Positions 7,782 to 15,695 of a stretch of 18,943 nucleotides of DNA are shown in pieces. Below the pieces are notes generated by a model. It was given only the letters and a program-made list of their open reading frames with translations. It did not search any database and was not told the origin of the DNA. This stretch comes from Deferrisomatales bacterium (lineage in GTDB: Bacteria; Desulfobacterota; Deferrisomatia; Deferrisomatales; JACRMM01). Every line of letters starts with the position of its first letter. Position 1 is the stretch's first letter. The stretch is from NCBI GenBank assembly GCA_033551855.1, contig JAWSUI010000064.1, positions 1 to 18,943 of the forward strand, written 5' to 3'. The position numbers were made by a program, and so were the translations under genes.

Positions 7782-8252
7782 TCAGGTACGTCGCTTCTTC
7801 TCTGCGCCCTCGACAAACCCCTCCGCCCAGTTGCGCGCCCAATCCGCCTGCGCCTGGAGCGCCTTCTTGGTCAACTGCTCCCACTCCCCGATGGCCCTCT
7901 GGGCTTCGGGCTCCCTGCCCCGGGATGCGAGGAGCTCCCGCAGGTTCTTGACGGTGGCCTCCGCCTCCTCCAGCCGCGTCTTGAGCTCCTCGCACCGCTC
8001 CAGGAGCTCCAGATAGCTCTGGCGGGGAACGACGCCGAGAGCCTTCCAGTACTCCTCGACGAGTTGGCGCAGATCCCCGGGGTCGGCAGCGGGCGCCGAC
8101 TCCTTCGGCAGCCATGCCCGGGCCCAGGCGTTGAGGGCGTCCGCCGTCGGGGGGCGGGCTCCGAGGGCCTCCAGGGCCCTGCGCGCCTCCTCGGTTCCCC
8201 GCAGGGCGTCGGCGGTGAGGCGGAGCCAGGACTCGAGCAGTTTGGGATCCAC
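7782..8252 (-). CDS. Hypothetical all-helical coiled-coil protein in the pha operon (156 aa)
   Basis: GTG at 8252 with a strong RBS (AAGGAGG). Amphipathic Trp-containing helices and a heptad segment (LLERCEELKTRLEEAEATVKNLRELL). Ends 26 nt before the phaE start. Confidence 0.75.
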   Translation of the reverse strand: MDPKLLESWLRLTADALRGTEEARRALEALGARPPTADALNAWARAWLPKESAPAADPGDLRQLVEEYWKALGVVPRQSYLELLERCEELKTRLEEAEATVKNLRELLASRGREPEAQRAIGEWEQLTKKALQAQADWARNWAEGFVEGAEKKRRT

Positions 8253-8287
8253 GGTAGCCTCCTTGGGGTGCGCAAGGTAGCCGATGC

Positions 8288-8301
8288 GCTGCGATGCAGC
8301 A
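8288..8301. promoter_or_regulatory. Putative PhaR operator upstream of the orf156-phaE-phaC unit
   Basis: GCTGC-GAT-GCAGC palindrome (CTGC-N3-GCAG; TGCGATGCAGCA at 8290-8301), 35 nt upstream of the start codon. It matches PhaR-box consensus sequences as I recall them from alphaproteobacteria. Confidence 0.6.
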
Positions 8302-8671
8302 AGAACTTTCTTTGGGAGTACAACCCCGGGTCGGCAGCCCCTGCGCCGAAGCTGCCCACCCCCGAAACCCACAGTAGCCTCGATCTGTCACTCGGCAAGG
8401 GGAGAAATCCCTCCAGCGCGCGACGGCGCCCGGGATGCACAGCCCGGAGCACCCGGCGACCCCAGTCCCCGGGCCTCTCGGGGGATGGCGGCAAGCCCCG
8501 GAGGGGGACGTCGCTCACGGGCTCTCGGGCATCGCCCGAGCGGGGGGAGGACGTCGTCCGGTTTCCTGGGCAAAACGGAAAACCGGACAAGGAGTGCGCG
8601 CCGGGATCCTGCCCGTCGGAGGGAAGGGCTCGCGCCGAACGCACGCGGAGAACCGATCGCTCGTTGAAGTG

Positions 8672-9157
8672 CTAGGAGGCCCGGGGAGGTCCCCGGGAGG
8701 AGGTCTCGAGGCGCGCCTCCAACTCCGCGACCCGTGCCCGCAGCGTCTCGAGCTCCTTTCGGGAGTCGGTCTCGGAAAGCTCCACCCAGGGCTGCATCCA
8801 TCCCCGGAGGGCCGACTCCATCTGTTCCTGGGCCGCCCGGTATGCGGTCAGTCCGGCCTCGAGGCCCTTTTCCAGGAACCGCTCATAGGCCGACTCCCCG
8901 TCCTGGATGATGCGGTGCAGGAAATCGACGGGAAGGAGGTTTCGCTGCCCCCGCTCTTCCTCGAGGATGATCTGGGTGAGGATGACCTTGGAAAGGTCTT
9001 CACCCGTGGAGGCATCGACCACCTCCACGGTGTGGCCTTCCCGGATGAGGTCCGAGATCTGGCGCAGGTTCACGTACTGGCTGTGAACGGTGTCGTAGAG
9101 GCGCCGGTTGGCGTATTTCTTGACCAGGATGTGCTCCCGGGGAGGCCGGTCTGCCAT
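8672..9157 (-). CDS. phaR: PHA synthesis regulator/repressor PhaR-like DNA-binding protein (161 aa)
   Basis: Signature VKKYANRRLYDT..SQYVNL..I..LI..G..V.VVDA.TGEDL...ILTQIILEEE and LLPVDFLHRII, plus a C-terminal coiled coil. Confidence 0.88.
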   Translation of the reverse strand: MADRPPREHILVKKYANRRLYDTVHSQYVNLRQISDLIREGHTVEVVDASTGEDLSKVILTQIILEEERGQRNLLPVDFLHRIIQDGESAYERFLEKGLEAGLTAYRAAQEQMESALRGWMQPWVELSETDSRKELETLRARVAELEARLETSSRGPPRAS

Positions 9158-9197
9158 GGGGTCTGCTCGCTGGGTGAGGAGGTTCCGGAGGTTCGGG

Positions 9198-11051
9198 TCA
9201 GCGGACGGCCCGCCCCGCCTCGGCCTCGGGCCACAGGATGCGGTCGATCTCGGCCCCCCCGATCTCTTCCCGTTCCAGAAGCGCGTTGGTCAGCCGTTCC
9301 AGGGGGTCCCGGTGCTCCGTGAGGAGGGCGGCGGCCCGCTCCTCCGCAGACCGGACGATGGACTCGATTTCCTGGTCGATGATCCAGGCCATCTCCTCCG
9401 AATAGGTCTTTTCCTGGGCGAGCTTCTTGCCGAGGAACACGTGCTCCTCCCCCCGGCTGAAGGTGACGGGCCCGATCCGCTCGCTCATCCCCCACTGGCA
9501 GACCATCTTCTCCGCCAGGTCCGTGGACTGCTTCAGGTCGCTCTGCGCCCCGGTGGACGTCTCCTCGAAGACCAGCAGCTCCGCCGCCCGCCCCCCCATG
9601 TTCACCGCGAGCTTCCCCAGGAGATAGCTCCGGGGAAAGTAGTGGCGGTCCGCCTCGGGAACGAGCTGGGTGACCCCGAGGGCCCGGCCCCGGGGGATGA
9701 TCGTCACCTTGTAGATGGGGTCCATCCCGGGGATCAGCTTCGCCACCAGCGTGTGCCCCGCCTCGTGGCAGGCGGTGATGCGGCGCTCTCCCTCGTCGGT
9801 CAGCCCGGGCCGTTCGATGCCCATGAGGATCTTGTCCTTGGCCAGGTCGAAGTGAGTCATGGCGACCAGGGTCTCGTCGGTGCGGGCGGCAAACAGGGTG
9901 GCCTCGTTGCAGAGGTTCTCCAGGTCGGCCCCGCTCATCCCGGGGGTGGCGCGGGCGATCATGGTGAGGTCCACGTCCGCAGCGATGGGGATCTTGCGGG
10001 TGTGGACCTGGAGGATCGCGGCGCGTTCCTCCAGGGAGGGGAGGTCGATGACCACGTGGCGGTCGAAGCGGCCGGGCCGAAGCAGGGCCGGGTCCAGCAC
10101 GTCGGGGCGGTTGGTGGCGGCGATCACGATCACCCTCTCGTGGCCCTCGAAGCCGTCCATCTCACCCAGCAGTTGATTCAGGGTCTGCTCACGCTCGTCG
10201 TGGCCACCCCCCAGGCCCGTCCCCCGGGACCTGCCCACCGCGTCGATCTCATCGACGAAGATGATGCTGGGCGCCTTGGCGCGGGCCTTCTCGAAGAGGT
10301 CTCGGACCCGTGCGGCCCCGACCCCGACGAACATCTCGATGAACTCGGAGGCGCTGGTGGAGAAGAAGGGCACGCCGGACTCTCCGGCGACAGCCCGCGC
10401 GAGCAGCGTCTTCCCCGTGCCCGGGGGGCCCATGAGGAGGACCCCCTTCGGCACCTTCCCCCCGATCTTCTGGTACTTCGTGGGGTCCTTGAGGAAATCC
10501 ACGACCTCCGAGAGCTCCCGTTTGGGGCTCTCCATCCCGGCCACGTCCCGGAAGGTCACCTGGGGCACCTTGCCCTCGTACACCCGCGCCTTGACCTGGC
10601 CGAAGTTTCCGAAGGGGCCCATTCTCGCGTTCTGGGCCCGGCGCATGGTCCAGAACCAGAAGCCCAGGAGCAGCAGCCAGGGGAGGCTGTTGGCCAGAAC
10701 GACCCACCACAGGTTCTGGGACGGCGCCCGCCGCACGTTCAGCTCGACCTGGTGGCTCTCGAGAAGGCCCAGGAGGTCCGGGTCGCCGAAAGGGGGGACC
10801 GAGGTCCGGAAGGTCCGGGTCGAGCCCGGGACACCGGGGATCGGGACGGGGTTGAAGAAGGCCCCCTCGACCTCGTCTTCGGTGACCGTGACCTCCCGGA
10901 CGTTGCCCACGCCGAGCTCTTGCTTGAAGAGGGTGTACGAGATGAGCGGGCTTCCGGGTTGCGCCGTGCGGTTGAGGTTCTCCAGCATCAGGCTGAAGAG
11001 CAGCAGCGCCAGCAGAAGCCCGGCAGCCTTTCGCCAAGGGAAGTTTTCCAT
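9198..11051 (-). CDS. ftsH: ATP-dependent zinc metalloprotease FtsH (617 aa)
   Basis: Two N-terminal TM segments, Walker A GPPGTGKT, Walker [32 protein letters not shown], zinc motif HEAGH and GGRAAE. ATG at 11051 after GAGGT. Confidence 0.95.
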   Translation of the reverse strand: MENFPWRKAAGLLLALLLFSLMLENLNRTAQPGSPLISYTLFKQELGVGNVREVTVTEDEVEGAFFNPVPIPGVPGSTRTFRTSVPPFGDPDLLGLLESHQVELNVRRAPSQNLWWVVLANSLPWLLLLGFWFWTMRRAQNARMGPFGNFGQVKARVYEGKVPQVTFRDVAGMESPKRELSEVVDFLKDPTKYQKIGGKVPKGVLLMGPPGTGKTLLARAVAGESGVPFFSTSASEFIEMFVGVGAARVRDLFEKARAKAPSIIFVDEIDAVGRSRGTGLGGGHDEREQTLNQLLGEMDGFEGHERVIVIAATNRPDVLDPALLRPGRFDRHVVIDLPSLEERAAILQVHTRKIPIAADVDLTMIARATPGMSGADLENLCNEATLFAARTDETLVAMTHFDLAKDKILMGIERPGLTDEGERRITACHEAGHTLVAKLIPGMDPIYKVTIIPRGRALGVTQLVPEADRHYFPRSYLLGKLAVNMGGRAAELLVFEETSTGAQSDLKQSTDLAEKMVCQWGMSERIGPVTFSRGEEHVFLGKKLAQEKTYSEEMAWIIDQEIESIVRSAEERAAALLTEHRDPLERLTNALLEREEIGGAEIDRILWPEAEAGRAVR

Positions 11052-11079
11052 GGATACCTCGTCGGTCCGGCCCGAGCGT

Positions 11080-11108
11080 ACGTTACCCAAATTCCGGTCG
11101 ACGGTCAA
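11080..11108 (-). promoter_or_regulatory. Putative sigma70 promoter for ftsH
   Basis: TTGACC (11108-11103)-N17-TAACGT (11085-11080). Confidence 0.55.
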
Positions 11109-11163
11109 ATTCCCCTCCCGGGAAGTCCCCGTAAAACCGAGTGTTTTCAGGGGGGGAATCCCG

Positions 11164-11193
11164 TTGACCCTCGGTGACGCGTTCCTTTAGCAT
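11164..11193 (+). promoter_or_regulatory. Putative sigma70 promoter for the alaC-hom unit
   Basis: TTGACC (11164-11169)-N18-TAGCAT (11188-11193). Confidence 0.45.
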
Positions 11194-11244
11194 AAGAGCC
11201 TTTAGAGCCCCGGAGGCCGCCGGGGCCCGCGCGCGAGGCCCCAC

Positions 11245-12438
11245 ATGTTCTCGGACGACCAATCGTTTCACCGCATCGAGCGGCTCCCCCCCTATGTCTT
11301 CAAGGAAGTCGACGAGCTCAAGATGAGGGCCCGTCGCCGGGGAGACGACATCATCGACCTCGGCATGGGCAACCCGGACCGCCCCACGCCGCCCCACATC
11401 GTGGAGAAGCTGATCGAGGCGGTCCAGAAGCCGAAGAACCACCGCTACAGCGTGTCCCGCGGCATCTACAAGCTGCGGCTGGGCATCGCCAAGTGGTACG
11501 AACGCCAGTACGGCGTCTTCCTCGACCCGGAGACCGAAGTGTGTGCCACCATGGGGGCCAAGGAGGGGCTCGCCCACCTGGTGATGGCGGTGCTGGCGCC
11601 GGGGGATCTGGTCTTCGTCCCGAACCCCACCTACCCGATCCACTCCTACTCCGTGGTGCTGGCCGACGGGGACCTGCGGGCCATCGAGCTCGGGGCGGGG
11701 GGGCAAGCCTTCATCGACCGCTTGGAGCGGGCGACCCGAACCGTCTGGCCGCGGCCCAGGGTGCTCATCCTCAACTTTCCCCAGAACCCGACCACCCTGA
11801 CCGTGGACCTGGCGTTCTTCGAGAGGATCGTGGACTTCTGCCGGGACAACCGGATGATGCTGATCCACGATCTGGCCTACGCGGACATCTGCTTCGACGG
11901 CTACCGCGCGCCGAGCCTGCTCCAGGTGCCCGGGGCGAAAGAGATCGGCGTCGAGTTCATGAGCCTGTCCAAGAGTTACAACATGGCGGGCTGGCGAGTC
12001 GGTTTCTGTGCCGGGAACCCCAAGATGATCAACGCCCTGGTCCGGATCAAGTCCTATCTGGACTACGGCATGTTCCAGCCCATCCAGATCGCGTCGGTGA
12101 TCGCCCTGGAGAGCGGTCCCGAGGTCGTGCGGGACATCGTCGAGGTCTACCGGAGCCGGCGCGACAAGCTCGTGGAGGGGCTGATCCGGGCGGGGTGGCC
12201 GGTGGAGAAGCCCCTGGCCACGATGTTCCTGTGGGCGGCCGTCCCCGAGCCCTGGAAGGCCATGGGGAGCCTGGAGTTCACGAAGCTCCTCCTGCGGGAG
12301 GCGAAGGTCGCCGTAAGCCCGGGGGTCGGCTTCGGCGCATACGGCGACGGGCACGTGCGGTTCGCGCTGGTGGAGAACGAGCACCGCATCCAGCAGGCCT
12401 GCGCCGGGATTCGCGAGATGTTCCGGAGGCTCGGCTGA
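11245..12438 (+). CDS. alaC: PLP-dependent class I/II aminotransferase, AlaC/YfdZ type (397 aa)
   Basis: [42 protein letters not shown]-lysine motif [14 protein letters not shown] and KSYLDYG. This type commonly lies upstream of hom. Confidence 0.8.
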   Translation: MFSDDQSFHRIERLPPYVFKEVDELKMRARRRGDDIIDLGMGNPDRPTPPHIVEKLIEAVQKPKNHRYSVSRGIYKLRLGIAKWYERQYGVFLDPETEVCATMGAKEGLAHLVMAVLAPGDLVFVPNPTYPIHSYSVVLADGDLRAIELGAGGQAFIDRLERATRTVWPRPRVLILNFPQNPTTLTVDLAFFERIVDFCRDNRMMLIHDLAYADICFDGYRAPSLLQVPGAKEIGVEFMSLSKSYNMAGWRVGFCAGNPKMINALVRIKSYLDYGMFQPIQIASVIALESGPEVVRDIVEVYRSRRDKLVEGLIRAGWPVEKPLATMFLWAAVPEPWKAMGSLEFTKLLLREAKVAVSPGVGFGAYGDGHVRFALVENEHRIQQACAGIREMFRRLG

Positions 12439-12601
12439 GAGCCCGGGAACCCATGCCGGCGGGCAGTGCGGAGAGCAGGACGGGCATGAACCAGCGACGA
12501 GACACCCGAAATCGGTCGCGCAGCGGATGGGTGCACGGGCTCTGCGTGCCCCCGCGGTTCGGGCGGCCGAGGGCAGGGCCGGCCCGACGGGGAGTCGGAC
12601 C

Positions 12602-13903
12602 ATGAGGGAAGTCGGGGTCGGCGTCATCGGCATCGGGACCGTGGGGGCCGGGGTCGTCCAACTGCTCCAGGAAAACGCGGGGGAGATCGAGCGGCGGCTG
12701 GGGGCGAGGCTCCGCCTCGTCCGGGTGGCGGACAAGGACCTGGAGACGGATCGGGGTGTCCCCATGGATCCGGCGATGCTCACGTCCGACGCCGACGAGG
12801 TCCTGGACGACCCTCGGATCGCCATCGTGGTGGAACTGATCGGCGGCTACGAGCCCGCCAAGGGCTTCCTCCTGCGGGCCATGGCCAACGGCAAGCACGT
12901 GGTTACGGCGAACAAGGCCCTGCTGGCGGTTCACGGGGACGAGATCTTCGAGGCGGCACGGGTCGCCGGAGTCGATGTGGGCTTCGAGGCCAGCGTGGGG
13001 GGGGGTATCCCGATCCTCCGGGCGGTCCGGGAGGGCATGGCGGGAAACCGGATCCGCAGCGTGCTGGGCATCCTCAACGGGACCACCAACTACATCCTCA
13101 CCGAGATGAAAGACAGGGGGGAGGCCTTCGAGCGGGTCCTCCGGGAGGCCCAGAAGCTGGGGTACGCCGAGGCCGATCCCACCTTCGACGTCGAGGGGGT
13201 GGACGCGGCCCACAAGCTGACGATCCTGGCCACCCTGGCCTTCGGCTGCCGCGTGCCCTTCTCCGCGGTCTTCACCGAGGGGATCAGCCGGATCGCTCCG
13301 CAGGACCTCGAGTACGCGGAGGACTTCGGGTACGACGTCAAGCTCCTGGCCATCGCCAAGCGTGACGGAAAGCGGGTGGAGGTGCGGGTGCACCCGACGA
13401 TGATCCCGTCGAGCCACATGCTGGCGGACGTGCGGGGCGTGTACAACGCCGTATACGTGGACGCGGATTTCCTGGGGCCGAGCCTCTATTACGGGCAGGG
13501 GGCCGGGCGACGGGCCACGGCCAGCGCGGTGGTGGGGGACATCGTCGAGCTCGCCCGCAACGTGCTCCAGGGAACCGCCTGGCGGGCGCCGCCCCGGGCG
13601 TTCCAGGAGGACGCCCTGGAGCCCGCCCGGATCAAGCCGATCCAGGATGTCGTGTGCCAGTATTATCTTCGTTTCACGGCGCTGGACAAGCCGGGCGTCC
13701 TCTCGCGGATCTCCGGGATCCTGGGGGAGTGCGGCATCTCCATCGAGAGCGTGGTCCAGAAGGGCCGGGATGCGGGCCAGGCGGTCCCCTTGGTGTTCAT
13801 GACCCACGAGGCCCGCGAGGCGGACGTGCGCCAGGCCCTGGGGGAGATCGACACCCTGGGGGTCACCCTGGGGGCACCGGCCCTCGTCCGGATCGAAGGG
13901 TAG
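12602..13903 (+). CDS. hom: Homoserine dehydrogenase with C-terminal ACT domain (433 aa)
   Basis: GIGTVG, VTANK, FEASVGGGIP, GILNGTTNYIL, GYAEADP, G.GAG..ATASAV, and ACT domain DKPGVL. ATG at 12602 after GGGGAG. Confidence 0.93.
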   Translation: MREVGVGVIGIGTVGAGVVQLLQENAGEIERRLGARLRLVRVADKDLETDRGVPMDPAMLTSDADEVLDDPRIAIVVELIGGYEPAKGFLLRAMANGKHVVTANKALLAVHGDEIFEAARVAGVDVGFEASVGGGIPILRAVREGMAGNRIRSVLGILNGTTNYILTEMKDRGEAFERVLREAQKLGYAEADPTFDVEGVDAAHKLTILATLAFGCRVPFSAVFTEGISRIAPQDLEYAEDFGYDVKLLAIAKRDGKRVEVRVHPTMIPSSHMLADVRGVYNAVYVDADFLGPSLYYGQGAGRRATASAVVGDIVELARNVLQGTAWRAPPRAFQEDALEPARIKPIQDVVCQYYLRFTALDKPGVLSRISGILGECGISIESVVQKGRDAGQAVPLVFMTHEAREADVRQALGEIDTLGVTLGAPALVRIEG

Positions 13904-14023
13904 GGGGCGCGGCGTGAGCGCAGCGGGCTCGGGCGGTGAAGACGCCGGGATGGCGCCGAGGGCCCTGGTGCGGCTCGGGTCGCACCGCCCCAGGGAGATG
14001 CGCGGGAACGCGGCGGGGGGGCG

Positions 14024-15238
14024 GTGAAGATCGCGATCCTGCTGGGCGACGGCATGGCGGACGTTCCCTTGGAGGACCTGGGGGGGCGCACGCCCCTGGA
14101 GGAGGTCCCCACCCCGGCCCTGGACGCCCTGGCCAGGGAAGGGACCCTGGGGCTCGCGGCCACCATCCCCCAGGGGCTTCCGGCGGGGAGCGACGTGGCG
14201 AACCTCTCGGTCTTCGGGTACGACCCTCGGGAGTGCTACACGGGGCGCGCACCCCTGGAGGCGGCGGCCCTCGGCGTCGGACTCGGGCCGGCCGACGTGG
14301 CCTACCGCATGAACCTCGTGACCCTTCTCGTGGGGGGGGGCACGGTGTTCCTCGACGATTTCTCGGCGGACCACATCTCGACGGAGGAGGCCTCGGAGAT
14401 CGTCCGCACGCTCGGTGATCGCCTCGGACACGACGGGTTCGAGTTCTACGCGGGGGTCTCCTACCGCCACCTCCTGGTGTGGCGGGGGGGCGTGGCGGAG
14501 GCGCGCACGACCCCGCCCCACGACATCCAGGGCCGGCCGATCCAGGAGCACCTGCCCCAGGGGCCCGGGGCCGAGGCCCTTCTCCACCTGCTCACGGGGT
14601 CCCAGATCCTGCTCAAGGACCATCCCGTCAATTGTGCCCGCAGGGAGAAGGGCCGGAAGGAGGCCAGCTCCATCTGGCTGTGGGGCCAGGGGCGGGCTCC
14701 CCGCATGGAACCCTACCGGGACCGCTTCGGGCTCGAGGGGGCGGTGATCTCCGCCGTGGACCTCCTCAAGGGCATTGCCCGGGTTGCCGGTCTCGAGGCT
14801 CCCCGGGTGGAAGGGGCGACGGGGTATCTGGACACGAACTACGAGGGCAAGGTGGCTGCGGCTCTGGAGGCGCTGCGGCGCTCGGATTTTGCGTATGTCC
14901 ACGTGGAGGCCCCGGACGAGGCGGCCCACGCCGGGCGCCTCGCCGACAAGTTGCAGGCCATCGAGAACTTCGACCGCCGGGTGGTGGCGCCCCTGCGGGC
15001 CGGGTTGGAGGCCCAGGGGGCACCCTTTGCCCTCCTGGCGCTTCCGGACCACGCCACCCCGATACCCCTGCGCACCCACACCGCAGAGCCGGTCCCCTTC
15101 GCGCTCTTCCGCTCGGACCGCGCCGGAGCGGTTCCCGGTGCCGCCTTCACGGAGGCCTGCGCCGCGGCGACGGGGGTTCGGGTCCCCGACGCCCACCGGC
15201 TGCTCCCGCACATCCTGGGGAGGGAGCGGCTGTGGTGA
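14024..15238 (+). CDS. apgM: Archaeal-type cofactor-independent phosphoglycerate mutase family (ApgM; subfamily proposed as homoserine kinase) (404 aa)
   Basis: GDGMAD, GRTPLE, GSDVANL (phosphoacceptor Ser), YTGRAPLEAA, SYRHL, HVEAPDEAAH and LPDHATP. Confidence 0.85.
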   Translation: MKIAILLGDGMADVPLEDLGGRTPLEEVPTPALDALAREGTLGLAATIPQGLPAGSDVANLSVFGYDPRECYTGRAPLEAAALGVGLGPADVAYRMNLVTLLVGGGTVFLDDFSADHISTEEASEIVRTLGDRLGHDGFEFYAGVSYRHLLVWRGGVAEARTTPPHDIQGRPIQEHLPQGPGAEALLHLLTGSQILLKDHPVNCARREKGRKEASSIWLWGQGRAPRMEPYRDRFGLEGAVISAVDLLKGIARVAGLEAPRVEGATGYLDTNYEGKVAAALEALRRSDFAYVHVEAPDEAAHAGRLADKLQAIENFDRRVVAPLRAGLEAQGAPFALLALPDHATPIPLRTHTAEPVPFALFRSDRAGAVPGAAFTEACAAATGVRVPDAHRLLPHILGRERLW

Positions 15239-15633
15239 TCCCTGCCCGCTGCCGGGTGATCTACGGGGACACCGACAACATGGGCGTGGTGTACTACGCC
15301 AACTATCTGAGATTCTTCGAGCTGGGGCGCAACGAGTACATGAGGGCCCGGGGGCTCACGTACCGCGAGGTGGAGGCCCGGGGGTTTCAGCTGCCGGTCA
15401 CCGAGGCCCGCTGCCGGTATCGGAAGCCGGCGCGCTACGACGACCTGCTCACGGTGGAGACCCGGGTGACACGGGCCCGCGGCGCCCGGGTGGTGTTCTC
15501 CTACGAGATCCGGGGGGAGGGGGGGGACGTGCTCGCCGAGGGCGAGACCGAGCACGCGGCCGTAGGGCCCGGGGGGCGCCCCCAGAGACTGCCCCCGGAC
15601 GTCCTCGAGATCCTGGCCCCCGAGGAGAGGTGA
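15235..15633 (+). CDS. YbgC/FadM-family acyl-CoA thioesterase (hotdog fold, ~132 aa)
   Basis: RVIYGDTDNMGVVYYANYLRFFE.GR and CRYRKPARYDDLL. GTGA start/stop overlap with apgM. Confidence 0.85.
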   Translation: MIPARCRVIYGDTDNMGVVYYANYLRFFELGRNEYMRARGLTYREVEARGFQLPVTEARCRYRKPARYDDLLTVETRVTRARGARVVFSYEIRGEGGDVLAEGETEHAAVGPGGRPQRLPPDVLEILAPEER

Positions 15634-15695
15634 GAGGGGCGTCCCGTGCCCGCCCGTGAGCCCCTCCGGCATGCTGTGGGAGAGCGGAGCCGCCC

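Noticed and set aside
4834..8016. 1060-aa plus-strand ORF (and similar long ORFs 297..2255, 3150..4970, 5051..7324, 9108..11177, 11083..12825, 12278..15211, 15501..17933)
   Set aside because: Antisense or off-frame shadows of well-supported genes, expected with high GC3 codon bias. They carry no domain motifs.
7756..8391. N-terminal extension of phaE in the ORF track (597 aa)
   Set aside because: It overlaps the better-supported orf156 in another frame, and phaE has its own RBS and ATG at 7755.
8566..8610. GGGCAAAACGGAAAACCGGAC resembling the start of a c-di-GMP-I (GEMM) riboswitch
   Set aside because: It lacks the following GCAAA/P3 elements and is antisense to the flanking genes.
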